From assembly GCA_965220125.1 (NCBI GenBank), contig CBDCPB010000004.1:1670227-1734226 (forward strand): a stretch of 64,000 nucleotides of DNA. The letters run 5' to 3'. The DNA is from Dehalococcoidia bacterium. GTDB lineage: Bacteria; Chloroflexota; Dehalococcoidia; UBA2979. The notes beneath the pieces were generated by a model. The model was not told the origin of the DNA. It saw nothing but the letters and a program-made list of their open reading frames with translations, and did not search any database. Each line of letters starts with the position of its first letter. Position 1 is the first letter of the stretch. The translations under genes were made by a program, and so were the position numbers. Below are positions 22,404-31,602 of this stretch, piece after piece.

Positions 22404-22431
22404 CGCGTGGGGATACCGCCTGCGCAAGCGC

Positions 22432-22812
22432 TCACCCCGGGCGATCAAGCGTGCGGCGGATGGCGTCCTTCACGTTCTGGCTCGTCATCCGCGACGCCAG
22501 GGCGCCGTGCTGCACTCGCAGCAGCAGGTCCGGGTCGAACGGCTCCCTCTGTTGAAGTACGCCGCGGATCCTCGCGTCATCCAACGGCCGCACTGGATTT
22601 AGTATCGCACCACGGTAGTAGACGCACGAGTCGCGGGACGGGTACTCGTGCTCGCCGGGTCCCACCACGACACATCCGGAGCCGCATATCCTCTGGCGCC
22701 CGTGGGTCGTGAGATTCGCCAGCGCCACAAGGCCAGCGTCGGTCTCAATGCTCAGGACAATCCAAAGGTGATTGCCGAAGTCCAGGCCGAGAATCGTCTC
22801 TCCGGGATCCAC
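22432..22812 (-). CDS. Uncharacterised 126-aa protein overlapping the Panacea antitoxin-like gene; candidate toxin
   Basis: Its GTG start shares one base with the upstream gene's TAG stop. GC is lower than the flanks. I recognise no family from the sequence (MDPGETILGLDFGNHLWIVLS...). Confidence 0.5.
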   Translation of the reverse strand: MDPGETILGLDFGNHLWIVLSIETDAGLVALANLTTHGRQRICGSGCVVVGPGEHEYPSRDSCVYYRGAILNPVRPLDDARIRGVLQQREPFDPDLLLRVQHGALASRMTSQNVKDAIRRTLDRPG

Positions 22813-23369
22813 TACCCAGAGTACGCCTCGTGGAAGGAGCGGGCGGCATCGGCTTGTTCGCGGACCGCCCGAATTTCCGTTTCACTCAGACCGGCTTCCC
22901 GGAGAATGACAGTCTCGTCGATACCAATGGCGCTGCCCGAGGGATCGACCCACTCGGGGAGATCGTGGGTGAAGTCAACCAACTCCCAGCGGCTCATGTG
23001 CCCGAATTGGTCGATCACCTGCTCGAGGACGGCCAGCTCGTACTCCGACAACTCATCAGCCTCAGTCCGCTTGATGAGACTGACTTCATAGTCCACCGGG
23101 CTCGACACGTACTCGTGCCATGCTGATGGCTCGACGGGGCGGTCTTGTCTGATCAGGTCCAATACCCGGCTCAGCGCCGGCCCACGGTCCATCGACACCA
23201 GGCGATCGCCGGTGATGGGGTACCCCGATTCAATCAGGGACTGCCGATCCGCGAGGTACAGCAGCTTGATGAGCTTGAGGTACGGCATCCGCCCGTCGTG
23301 GCGATCGAGCAGCCACGCGGCGGCCTGCGCGGTCTTGCGATCATTGAAAACGAACTGCATCTGTGTCAT
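22812..23369 (-). CDS. Panacea-domain (DUF4065, SocA/GepA-like) putative antitoxin
   Basis: Internal ATG at 23369: MTQMQFVFNDRKTAQAAAWLLDRHDGRMPYLKLIKLLYLADRQSLIESGYPITGDRLVSMDRGP matches the DUF4065 N-terminal pattern. GC is lower, with an AT-rich stretch at the start. Confidence 0.65.
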   Translation of the reverse strand: MTQMQFVFNDRKTAQAAAWLLDRHDGRMPYLKLIKLLYLADRQSLIESGYPITGDRLVSMDRGPALSRVLDLIRQDRPVEPSAWHEYVSSPVDYEVSLIKRTEADELSEYELAVLEQVIDQFGHMSRWELVDFTHDLPEWVDPSGSAIGIDETVILREAGLSETEIRAVREQADAARSFHEAYSG

Positions 23370-23392
23370 CTCAAGAACGATGATACACGCCG

Positions 23393-24166
23393 TCAGCGCG
23401 CCCGCGAGCCTCGATCGGCGTTCGCGCTGCTTCGCGCGCGCTCCCACGTCACCTTGCGGAACGACTCCCGGTAGCGAGGACCGGAGGTTGGCCCGGCGCG
23501 CTCGCGCCACCAGCGCAGCATTTGCTCCCGCGAGCGCCCGCCCACCTGCGAGACATGCGCCGTGACCGCTGCAACCTTGAGCTCCAGCACCGGCTCGATG
23601 TCGATGATGACGTCCGGGTCGGTCGCCCCGGCCAGCAGCAGCATGTCCGGGCGATGCGGCGTGAGGCCCTCCTCGCGGTGCTCGGGGTAGAAGAGGTGGT
23701 CGTCGGCCGCGGGGTAGATCGCGTCGTAGGCGGCGCGGCCGATCTCGCGATGGTCGCGGTGGTTGAAGCCGGGCCGGAAGCCGTCCCAGGTGATCGCGAG
23801 CGAGGGCCGCAGCCGCCGCAACTCGCGCACCAGCAGCCCGCGCATCTCGCCGTCGTTCTCGACGCCGCCGTCGGGGAAGCCGAGGAAGATCGGCTCGCTG
23901 ACGCCGAGCACGGCGGCCGCCTGGCGCTGTTCCTCCTCGCGCTCGGCGGCGAGCTGCTGGGCGGTGCGGCGCGGGTCCTTGGTGCCCTTGTTGCCGTTCG
24001 TCGCCACCAGCAGGTCGACCTCCCAGCCCGCCCGGCAGAGCAGCGCCATCGTGCCGGCGCAGCCGAAGTCGGCGTCGTCGGGGTGGGCGACCATGACGAG
24101 GGCGCGCCGGGGATCGAGATCGCCGACCAGTTCCTCGATGTCGGTGGGCGGCGTGTCGTCGCTCAC
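23393..24166 (-). CDS. PIG-L/LmbE family N-acetylglucosaminyl deacetylase (MshB/BshB-like)
   Basis: GTG start overlaps the stop of the glycosyltransferase (GTGA). Motifs: MVAHPDDADFGCAGT ... HRDH ... H. Confidence 0.8.
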   Translation of the reverse strand: MSDDTPPTDIEELVGDLDPRRALVMVAHPDDADFGCAGTMALLCRAGWEVDLLVATNGNKGTKDPRRTAQQLAAEREEEQRQAAAVLGVSEPIFLGFPDGGVENDGEMRGLLVRELRRLRPSLAITWDGFRPGFNHRDHREIGRAAYDAIYPAADDHLFYPEHREEGLTPHRPDMLLLAGATDPDVIIDIEPVLELKVAAVTAHVSQVGGRSREQMLRWWRERAGPTSGPRYRESFRKVTWERARSSANADRGSRAR

Positions 24167-25434
24167 GGCGCGGCGGCCAGCACCGGCTGCGCGGCCGGAC
24201 CGGGCGCGCGCTCGCGCAGCAGCGAGGCGTAGAGATCGAGCAGCCCGCTCGCGACGGCGGACCACTCGTAGCGCTCCATCGATCGCGCCGCGGCGGCCCC
24301 GAGGGCCTCGCGCAGCGGCCGGTTCTCCAACAGCAGGTCTATCTTCTCGGCAAAGGGGCCGGGGCAGCGCCAGGGGATCAGGTAGCCGCTGCGGCCGTCG
24401 GCGACCGTCGAGGTGAGGCCACCCACGCGCGAGGCGACGACCGGCACGCCGGAGGCCATCGCCTCCGTCGCCACCAGCCCGAACGACTCGTAGAACGAGG
24501 GCACGACCACCACGTCGGCGGCGTTGTAGTAGACGTCGATCTCCTCGTGCGGCACGGCGCCGACGAAGCGCACGAGGGAGTCGACCGCCGCCGCCCTCGC
24601 AACGGCGCGCAGGCGCGCGATCTCGCGCTCGGCGCGATCGTCCCCGCCCACGATCAGCAGTTGCAGGCGCTCTCGCCCGCTCATCTCCGCCAGCGATTCG
24701 ATGAGGATGTCGAGGCCCTTGAGCGGCTCGATGCGCCCGACGGCGAGCAGCACCTCCGCCTGCGGGTCGAGGCCGAGCGCGAGGCGCGCATCCAGCTGTG
24801 TGCGGGGACGGAAGCGCTCGCGGTCCACGCCGAGCGGGATCACCTTGATGCGATCGCGGGGCACGCCGTAGACCTGCTCCAGCAGCCGCTGCTCGTGTTC
24901 CGTCGCCGCCACGATGCGATCGACCTCGTGCACGAGGCGGCGCTCGGCCTCGCGGCGCGATTGTGGCTCGCGCTCCGAGGCGCGGTGGAGCAGCTTGACC
25001 TCGGCCAGCGTGTGGAACATCGCGACGTGCGGGACGCCCCACTCGCGCGCGAGCAGCGCGCCCGCCTCCACGGCGAGCCAGTAGTGCGAGTGCACGAGCT
25101 CGTAGGCGACGCCCTCGGCGCGCGCGAAGGCGGCGACGCGGCGCGCGAACGTCCCGGCGAGCGGCTGCAGCTCCTCCTTCTCGAGGCGCTCCGGTCTGCC
25201 GGCGTCGACATGCACCAGGCGGACGCCGGGGGCGATCGTCTGCACCTCGGGCTGGAGCGGGTCGGTGCGGCGGGTGAAGACGTCGACGGCGACGCCGCCG
25301 CGCGCGAGCCAGTTGGAGACCTCGCGCACGTAGACGTTCATCCCGCCGCTCTCGCGTCCGCCGAGCGGCGCGAGCGGCGAGGTGTGGAACGAGAGCACGG
25401 CGAGCCGTTGTGGGGCGAACATTGAGGCAGGCAT
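24163..25434 (-). CDS. GT4 glycosyltransferase, MshA-like (D-inositol-3-phosphate glycosyltransferase family)
   Basis: N-terminal LAVLSFHTSPLAPLGGRESGGMNVYVREV matches the MshA signature (HTSPL..PG..D.GGMNVY); C-terminal GT-B motifs present. Confidence 0.75.
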   Translation of the reverse strand: MPASMFAPQRLAVLSFHTSPLAPLGGRESGGMNVYVREVSNWLARGGVAVDVFTRRTDPLQPEVQTIAPGVRLVHVDAGRPERLEKEELQPLAGTFARRVAAFARAEGVAYELVHSHYWLAVEAGALLAREWGVPHVAMFHTLAEVKLLHRASEREPQSRREAERRLVHEVDRIVAATEHEQRLLEQVYGVPRDRIKVIPLGVDRERFRPRTQLDARLALGLDPQAEVLLAVGRIEPLKGLDILIESLAEMSGRERLQLLIVGGDDRAEREIARLRAVARAAAVDSLVRFVGAVPHEEIDVYYNAADVVVVPSFYESFGLVATEAMASGVPVVASRVGGLTSTVADGRSGYLIPWRCPGPFAEKIDLLLENRPLREALGAAAARSMERYEWSAVASGLLDLYASLLRERAPGPAAQPVLAAAP

Positions 25435-25510
25435 CCTTCCGGAGCAGCCTACGGAGCCGCGCCGTAGCGCGCCAGAGACGATCGCCGCGCTGGTCGGACG
25501 TCCGCCACGA

Positions 25511-26110
25511 TCAGGACAAGGGCCGGATCAGACCGAGGAACTCCTGGCGGGTGTTGGCGTCGGTGCGGAAGCAGCCGCGCATCGCCGAGGTGACCATCGT
25601 CGCGCCCGGCTTGCGCACGCCTCGCGCCGTCATGCAGAGGTGTTCGGCCTCGATTACCACGCCCACGCCCTGCGCGCTCAGCACCTCCTCGATGCAGTCG
25701 GCGATCTGCGAGGTCAGCCGTTCCTGCACCTGCGGGCGCCGCGCGAAGATATCGACGGCGCGGGCGATCTTGGAGAGACCGACGATGCGGCCGTCCGGCA
25801 TGTAGCCGATGTGCGCCTGGCCGTGGAACGGCATGAAGTGATGCTCACACATCGAATAGAAGGGGATCTCGCGCAGGATGACCAGCTCGTCGTGGCCCTC
25901 CTCGAACCCGACGGAGAGGACCTCGACGGGGTCGCGGTTGAGGCCGGCGAAGAGCTCGCGGTACATCGCGGCGATGCGCCGCGGGGAGTCGGACAGGCCC
26001 TCGCGATGCGGGTTCTCTCCGACGGCTTCGATCAGCGCGCTGATGGCGGCTTCGGCCCGTTCGCCGTCGAAGCCCGGCCTGATGTCCACGTCGTACTGCG
26101 CCGTGCTCAC
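25511..26110 (-). CDS. folE: GTP cyclohydrolase I
   Basis: Motifs [22 protein letters not shown] and [12 protein letters not shown] at 26110 is preceded by GGAAGGA. Confidence 0.88.
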   Translation of the reverse strand: MSTAQYDVDIRPGFDGERAEAAISALIEAVGENPHREGLSDSPRRIAAMYRELFAGLNRDPVEVLSVGFEEGHDELVILREIPFYSMCEHHFMPFHGQAHIGYMPDGRIVGLSKIARAVDIFARRPQVQERLTSQIADCIEEVLSAQGVGVVIEAEHLCMTARGVRKPGATMVTSAMRGCFRTDANTRQEFLGLIRPLS

Positions 26111-26200
26111 GAGTGATCCTTCCGGGCCGTAGCGGGAGTAGGTGGAGCGTTCCCGCCGCAATCGACCGCGCCGATCGTAGCACGGGGCCGAGTGGGGGGA

Positions 26201-27211
26201 TCAGCGCCAGCCGAGCGCCTTCGCCACGGCCTCCGGCTCGGCGGGCGCGGAGTGGCGTGACGCCTCGATGCTCAGCGCCGTGTCCGGGTCCTTGAGGCCG
26301 GAGCCGGTGATCACGCAGACGACGGTGAGCCCGCCGAGGTCGGCGCCCGCGCGCGCCTGCTTGACCAGCCCGGCCACGCTCGCGGCGGAGGCCGGCTCGG
26401 CGAAGACGCCCTCGTCGCGCGCGAGGCGGCGGTAGGCGTCGAGGATTTCGTCGTCGGAGACGGCGGCGATCATGCCGCCGGAGTCGTCGCGCGCGGCGAT
26501 GGCGCCGCGCCAGGAGGCGGGGTTGCCGATGCGGATCGCGGTCGCGACCGTTTCCGGCTCCGCCACCGGCTCGCCGCGCACCAGCGGCGCGGCGCCCTCG
26601 GCCTGGAAGCCCCACATCCGCGGCAGCCGCGCGCTGCGCTCGAGGCGGTAGTACTCGACGAAGCCGCCCCAGTAGGCGGTGATGTTGCCGGCGTTGCCGA
26701 CGGGGATGCAGAGCAGGTCCGGGGCGTCGCCGAGATCGTCGGCAATCTCGAAGGCGGCGGTCTTCTGGCCCGCGATGCGGTGCGGGTTGACGGAGTTCAT
26801 CAGCGCCACCGGGTACTGCGCGGCCAGCGCGCGCACGACGCTCAGCGCATCGTCGAAGGAGCCGTCGACGGCCACGATGCCTGCGCCGTAGGCGATCGCC
26901 TGCGCCAGCTTGCCGGCGGCGACGCGACCGGAGGGCACCACGACGTGGGCGCGCAGCCCGTAGCGAGCGGCGTAGGCCGCCATCGACGCGGAAGTGTTGC
27001 CGGTGGAGGCGCAGATCATCGCCTCCGCGCCCTCCTCGACGGCCTTCGCGGCCGCGAGCACCATCCCGCGGTCCTTGAATGAGCCGGTCGGGTTGGAGGC
27101 TTCGAGCTTGAAGTAGAGCGCCCCGACCCCCAGCTCACCCTCGAGCACCCGCGAGCGCAGCAGCGGCGTGCCGCCTTCGCCGAGCGTGACGCGAGGCGTG
27201 TCCGGCCCCAC
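26201..27211 (-). CDS. thrC: Threonine synthase, short actinobacterial type
   Basis: PLP motif SNPTGSFKDRGM... and CASTGNTSASMAAYAARYG. Homology to ThrC continues about 25 codons upstream of the GTG at 27211, with no ATG/GTG/TTG in frame. Confidence 0.85.
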   Translation of the reverse strand: MGPDTPRVTLGEGGTPLLRSRVLEGELGVGALYFKLEASNPTGSFKDRGMVLAAAKAVEEGAEAMICASTGNTSASMAAYAARYGLRAHVVVPSGRVAAGKLAQAIAYGAGIVAVDGSFDDALSVVRALAAQYPVALMNSVNPHRIAGQKTAAFEIADDLGDAPDLLCIPVGNAGNITAYWGGFVEYYRLERSARLPRMWGFQAEGAAPLVRGEPVAEPETVATAIRIGNPASWRGAIAARDDSGGMIAAVSDDEILDAYRRLARDEGVFAEPASAASVAGLVKQARAGADLGGLTVVCVITGSGLKDPDTALSIEASRHSAPAEPEAVAKALGWR

Positions 27212-27297
27212 GGGCAGCAGATCTGCGTAGCGCTCCAGGATGAAGCGCGTCTCCGCAGGCCCTGCACCGGCCGCTTCGGGACTCCCGCCGGCGGGCG

Positions 27298-28170
27298 TCA
27301 GGGCGCCTGCTCCTGTCCGCTCTGGGGTCCGCTCCGGGGTCCGCTCTCGCGGAGTCGCACGAGCAGGCTGCGACCGCGGCGGAGACGCTGCTCGATCTCC
27401 TCGATCTGTCGCTTCCCCTGCTGCTCCTCGACATCAAGCATGCGCCGGAAGTGGTCGATCACGGCGTCGCGCTGGAACTCGAGGGATTCCGTCAGCCTGC
27501 CCATCCGCTCCTCGATGCCCCTCGTCTGGTGACGCAGCGCCAGCCGCTCCTCGGCCGCGTTCCCAAGCAACTCCAGCGTCTGCTGCAATCCGTCCTCGAG
27601 ATCGCGCAGCCGGTCTTCGAGCCGGATGCGAACCGCGCGCTGCTGCTCGATCACCTGGCGCAGTTCTTCCTCACGCCCGAGGCTCGTCTCGAGGCGTGCA
27701 AGACCGTCTTCCGAGCGGCGCAGCGCCGCCTGCATCGCCGTGAGGCGGGCGTCGGCCGCGTCGACGGCGCCCGCCAGCTCCGGCAGCGCGGCGTCGACTC
27801 TCGTTCGCTCCTCGCGCTCCGTTCCGGCGGCTTCGGCCAGTGCGGCGACGCGGCCCTCGACGCCTTCGAGCCGGGCGTCGGCCACCTCGCGGGCACGATC
27901 GTGCTCGGCCAGTTCGTCGCCGAGCCGTCTCCCACTCTCGCCCTGGCCGGCGATGCGCTGTTCGAGCAGGTCGATCTGCGTGCGGACGCCTTCCACGAGA
28001 AAGGTGGCGTCCCCGTCACTGGAGCGCTGGTGCAAGCTGAGCGTCGTGCGCATCTCGTCGAGTTCGCGCCGCAGATTCTCCTGGCCGGCGCGCAACTCGC
28101 TGAGTTGCTCGCCGAGGCGCTGGATCTGGCGACCGACCGCCAGTTCGCGCAGGGGCGGCCCGTTGGTCAT
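27298..28170 (-). CDS. Hypothetical coiled-coil protein (E/R/L/Q-rich, 290 aa) between hom and thrC
   Basis: Long ORF in the same orientation with uniform heptad-like composition. I recognise no family. Could still be a GC-driven ORF. Confidence 0.4.
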   Translation of the reverse strand: MTNGPPLRELAVGRQIQRLGEQLSELRAGQENLRRELDEMRTTLSLHQRSSDGDATFLVEGVRTQIDLLEQRIAGQGESGRRLGDELAEHDRAREVADARLEGVEGRVAALAEAAGTEREERTRVDAALPELAGAVDAADARLTAMQAALRRSEDGLARLETSLGREEELRQVIEQQRAVRIRLEDRLRDLEDGLQQTLELLGNAAEERLALRHQTRGIEERMGRLTESLEFQRDAVIDHFRRMLDVEEQQGKRQIEEIEQRLRRGRSLLVRLRESGPRSGPQSGQEQAP

Positions 28171-28174
28171 GCTG

Positions 28175-29482
28175 CTAGCCCGCCATCGCGATCACGTTGC
28201 CGATCTCCTCGACCACGTCCGAGGCGCTGATCGTCTCGAGCGCCGTTTCCAGTTCCGCGCCCGCGGCGAGGTGCGTGGTGAGCACGATCTCCGCGGTCTG
28301 CGCGTCCTCGTCCGCCTCCACCTGGATGACGGAGGCGATGCTGATGCCGTGCGCCCCCAGCGCCTGTCCGATCTCGCCGAGCACGCCGGGGCGGTCCGCC
28401 ACGGTCATGCGCAGATAGCGCCTCGCGAGGTGCTCGCCCGCCGGGCGCACGCGCACGTTGCGGAGCGGCGGTGTCTCCAGCGGCGGCCGTCCGGCGACGA
28501 TGTCGCGTGCGACATCGAGCACGTCCGCCAGCACGGCGCTGGCCGTCGGACCGGGGCCCGCCCCGGGGCCCTCGAGGACGACGCGGCCGACGAGGTCGCC
28601 CTCGACCTGCACGGCGTTGAGCACGCCGTCCACCTTTGCCAACGGCTCATCGCGCGCGATCAGCGTCGGCCGGACGGAGGCGATCAGTGCGCCGTCGGCG
28701 AGCCGCCCGTTGGCGAGCAACTTGATCGCGTAGCCGAGGGCGTCGGCATGCCGCAGATCGGCGGCCGTCAGCTTCGTGATGCCCTCGCGCACGATGTCGT
28801 CCGGGCTCACGGAGACGTGGAAGGCGAGGCCGCAGAGGATTGCGAGCTTGAAGGCGGCGTCGATGCCCTCGACATCGGCGGTGGGATCGGGCTCCGCGTA
28901 GCCGAGGCGCTGCGCCTCGGCGAGGATGTCGGCGTAGTCCGCGCCCTCGCTGGCCATGCCGCTGAGCATGTAGTTGGTGGTGCCGTTGATGATCGCGGTC
29001 ACGGCGCTGATCTCGTTGGCCAGCAGGTCGCGGGAGAGCGGGCTGATGATCGGGATGCCGCCACCGACGGAGGCCTCGTAGAGCAGCCGCACGCCCTCTC
29101 CGGCGGCGGTCGCCAGCAGATCGCGTCCGTGCTTGGCGATCACCTCCTTGTTCGCCGTCACCACGTGGCGGCCGGAGCGCAACGCGCGCGCGATGTAGTC
29201 CGCGGCCGGATCCTCGCCGCCCATCAACTCGACGACGATGCGCACCTGCGGGTCGGCCAGCAGCGCATCGGGGTCCGTGGTCAGCCGCTCCGTCCCGAGG
29301 CCGTGGCGGGGCGCCGAGGCGTCACGCACGAGCGCGCCTCGCAGTTCGAGCGGACGCCCGACGACCGCGCGGTAGCGATCGCCGCCGCGATCAAGCGCGC
29401 CGATCACCCCGCCGCCGACATTGCCCGCGCCGAAGAGGGCGATGCCGATCGGGCCGCCCTCGCTCGCCTGCCGGTCGCTCAC
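28175..29482 (-). CDS. hom: Homoserine dehydrogenase
   Basis: GTG at 29482 (GTGA overlap with the upstream gene); IGIALFGAGNVGGG Rossmann motif; C-terminal ACT domain. Confidence 0.88.
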   Translation of the reverse strand: MSDRQASEGGPIGIALFGAGNVGGGVIGALDRGGDRYRAVVGRPLELRGALVRDASAPRHGLGTERLTTDPDALLADPQVRIVVELMGGEDPAADYIARALRSGRHVVTANKEVIAKHGRDLLATAAGEGVRLLYEASVGGGIPIISPLSRDLLANEISAVTAIINGTTNYMLSGMASEGADYADILAEAQRLGYAEPDPTADVEGIDAAFKLAILCGLAFHVSVSPDDIVREGITKLTAADLRHADALGYAIKLLANGRLADGALIASVRPTLIARDEPLAKVDGVLNAVQVEGDLVGRVVLEGPGAGPGPTASAVLADVLDVARDIVAGRPPLETPPLRNVRVRPAGEHLARRYLRMTVADRPGVLGEIGQALGAHGISIASVIQVEADEDAQTAEIVLTTHLAAGAELETALETISASDVVEEIGNVIAMAG

Positions 29483-30642
29483 GAACCGCCTCCCTGGCTG
29501 ATGCTGAACGGACTGCCGTCCCCACTCGAGAGACTGCTGACCACGCGGTCGAGAATCCAGCGCTCCTCGCCGTCGGACAAGTCGCGTTCCACGGCAACAA
29601 TAGCCCGTTGCGACAGGAGCCACTCGTCCCAGCGACCCGTGACCCGCGCCTCGATCTGCGCGGGTTCGAGCGGCCGGGCTTGCTCGCGCTCCACGACGAG
29701 GTAGACGTCGAAGAAGAGCTCCGTCTCGACCACGTCGCTGATCGCGCCGGTTTCGACGCCTTCGAGCGCGGCGCGGGCGATGTCGCTCAGCGATTCCAGC
29801 GGCAGCCAGCCGAGGTCACCGCCCTGCGCAGCGTACTCGGCCTCGGCGCTGCGCTCGGTGGCGAGTTCGGCGAAGTCGGCGCCCTCAAGCAGGAGCGCGC
29901 GCACGTCCTCGGCGCCGCCGCGGTCGGCGAGGCGGATGCGGGAGACGCGCAACTGGTCGGCCGTCTCGCCGATCTCCGCGCGGAACTGATCGAGCAGGCG
30001 ATCACGCAGGATCCCGGCCGCCACGACCCGGTCGTACTCGTCCTTCGGCAGATCGACGTGGCGCAGCCAGTCGGCCAGCGCGCTCGCGAAGCGAGCGGCT
30101 TCCTCCCTGGGATCCTCCTCGAGCGTGGCCGCGACCTCGTCGCCCTCGTCCGAACCGTTGTCATCGTCCGCCGCGTCGTCCGAGTCGCCACTGTCCGCGG
30201 TCTCCTCCTCGAGACCTTCGGGAGGAGCGAAGCCGAGGTGGGCGCGCAGCCACTGCGTGACGTCCTCGTCGGTCACCTCGCCGACGAGGGCAGGCGCGCG
30301 GGCGAGCACGATCGATTGCTCTTCGAGCACCGTCAGCGTCCCCGGCACGGCCTCGCCGATGCCGCCGGAGAGGTCGCCGAAGCGCAGCTCGTAGGTGGTG
30401 CGGCGAGCGACCTCGGCGGCCTCGTAGTCCGTCTCGCCGGCGCTGAGCACGTGCGCGCGCGGCGGCCGGTACTGCGTGGCGTAGAGGCCGGCGAGCACCA
30501 CCAGCGCGGCAACGCCGAGCACCACCGTGACGGCGATGATGGCGAACTGCTCGTTGCGGTGGGCGCGTTGATCGCGCTCCCGGCGCGAACTGATGCGCGC
30601 CGATCCGGATCTGCGATCAGCCTGGCCGCGGTCCCGGGGCAC
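29479..30642 (-). CDS. Membrane-anchored parvulin-type peptidyl-prolyl isomerase (PrsA/SurA-like foldase)
   Basis: N-terminal TM helix (FAIIAVTVVLGVAALVVLAGL) and a C-terminal PpiC motif GGDLGWLPLESL. Confidence 0.7.
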   Translation of the reverse strand: MPRDRGQADRRSGSARISSRRERDQRAHRNEQFAIIAVTVVLGVAALVVLAGLYATQYRPPRAHVLSAGETDYEAAEVARRTTYELRFGDLSGGIGEAVPGTLTVLEEQSIVLARAPALVGEVTDEDVTQWLRAHLGFAPPEGLEEETADSGDSDDAADDDNGSDEGDEVAATLEEDPREEAARFASALADWLRHVDLPKDEYDRVVAAGILRDRLLDQFRAEIGETADQLRVSRIRLADRGGAEDVRALLLEGADFAELATERSAEAEYAAQGGDLGWLPLESLSDIARAALEGVETGAISDVVETELFFDVYLVVEREQARPLEPAQIEARVTGRWDEWLLSQRAIVAVERDLSDGEERWILDRVVSSLSSGDGSPFSISQGGGS

Positions 30643-30687
30643 GTTTGCGGGCCCTCCTCCCGGAGCGCCGCCTCAATGCGCGAGCGA

Positions 30688-31095
30688 CTACCGGCGCGGG
30701 CGTCCGGCGGGGACGTTGCTCACGCGGACATGCTCGGCGGTGTACGGGAGCAGGGCCATGTGACGAGCGCGCTTGATCGCCTGCGCAAGGAGCCGCTGGC
30801 ACTTGGCCGTGCAGCCGCCGCGGCGGCGCGCCTCCATCTTTCCCCGCTCCGTGAGGTAGCGCCGCAGCATCGACGTGTTCTTGTAGTCGACCACACGCGT
30901 GCCGGGCGGGCAGAACTCGCAGGGCCGTCGCCGGCCGCGGCCTCCACCGCCGCCACCGCCGCCGCCACGGCCGCCGCGTCCACGCCCGAAGTCCGAGTCG
31001 CGATCGCGGTCACGGTCGTGGTCACGGTCGCGGTCGCGATCGCGGCCCATGGGCGGGCGGCCCGGTGCGGCGCTTCGGGGTGGCTCGGTAGTCAT
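30688..31095 (-). CDS. rpsR: 30S ribosomal protein S18 with an N-terminal RD/RGG low-complexity extension
   Basis: Core CEFCPPGTRVVDYKNTSMLRRYLTERGKMEARRRGGCTAKCQRLLAQAIKRARHMALLPYT. The N-terminus reads GRDRDRDRDHDRDRDRD...GRGRGGRGGGGGGGGGRGRRR. Confidence 0.88.
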   Translation of the reverse strand: MTTEPPRSAAPGRPPMGRDRDRDRDHDRDRDRDSDFGRGRGGRGGGGGGGGGRGRRRPCEFCPPGTRVVDYKNTSMLRRYLTERGKMEARRRGGCTAKCQRLLAQAIKRARHMALLPYTAEHVRVSNVPAGRPRR

Positions 31096-31119
31096 CGGCT
31101 CCTCCGGCTCAAACGGCGG

Positions 31120-31533
31120 CTAGAACGGCAGGTCATCGGCATCGAGATCGCCCCCGGCGTCGGACACGCCCAGGGGCGGCGCGCCCGCGCCCTCGAACGC
31201 GGCATCGCGCGGACTGCCGAGGAACTTCACTTCCTGGGCGATCAGCTCGGTGGTGTATCGGGTCTGCCCGTCCTGGCCCTCCCAGGAGCGGGTCTGCAAC
31301 CGGCCCTCGACGTAGACCTGGCGGCCTTTCGAGAGGTACTGGCTGCAGATCTCGGCCAGGCGGTTCCAGGTGACGACCCGGAACCACTCCGTCTCCTGAC
31401 GGCGCTCGCCGTCGCCCGTGGTGTATTCGCGGTTCGAGGCGACGTTGAAGTTGGTGACGGCACTGCCGTTGGCGGTGTACCGCATCTCCGGATCGGCGCC
31501 AAGGTTCCCGATCACCATTACCTTGTTCAGCAT
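31120..31533 (-). CDS. ssb: Single-stranded DNA-binding protein
   Basis: OB-fold motifs (MLNKVMVIGNLGADPEMRYT, WFRVVTWNRLAE) and an acidic C-terminal DDLPF. Confidence 0.9.
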   Translation of the reverse strand: MLNKVMVIGNLGADPEMRYTANGSAVTNFNVASNREYTTGDGERRQETEWFRVVTWNRLAEICSQYLSKGRQVYVEGRLQTRSWEGQDGQTRYTTELIAQEVKFLGSPRDAAFEGAGAPPLGVSDAGGDLDADDLPF

Positions 31534-31602
31534 GCTCGCACCCCCGTCCCTGGGGAGAGTAGCCGATTCGTTGCGCCCTCGATCATCGGGACCGCCGAGG
31601 TG

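Noticed and set aside
22136-22431. Intergenic regions (22136-22431, 42109-42451, 50782-51014, 60598-61014) scanned for tRNA or other structured RNA genes
   Set aside because: I could not recognise any cloverleaf-compatible sequence or conserved tRNA boxes by eye. The regions are better explained as long 5' leaders or promoters (rpsL, rplI, rpsU) and hairpin repeats. A proper tRNAscan/Infernal run would be needed to exclude small RNAs.
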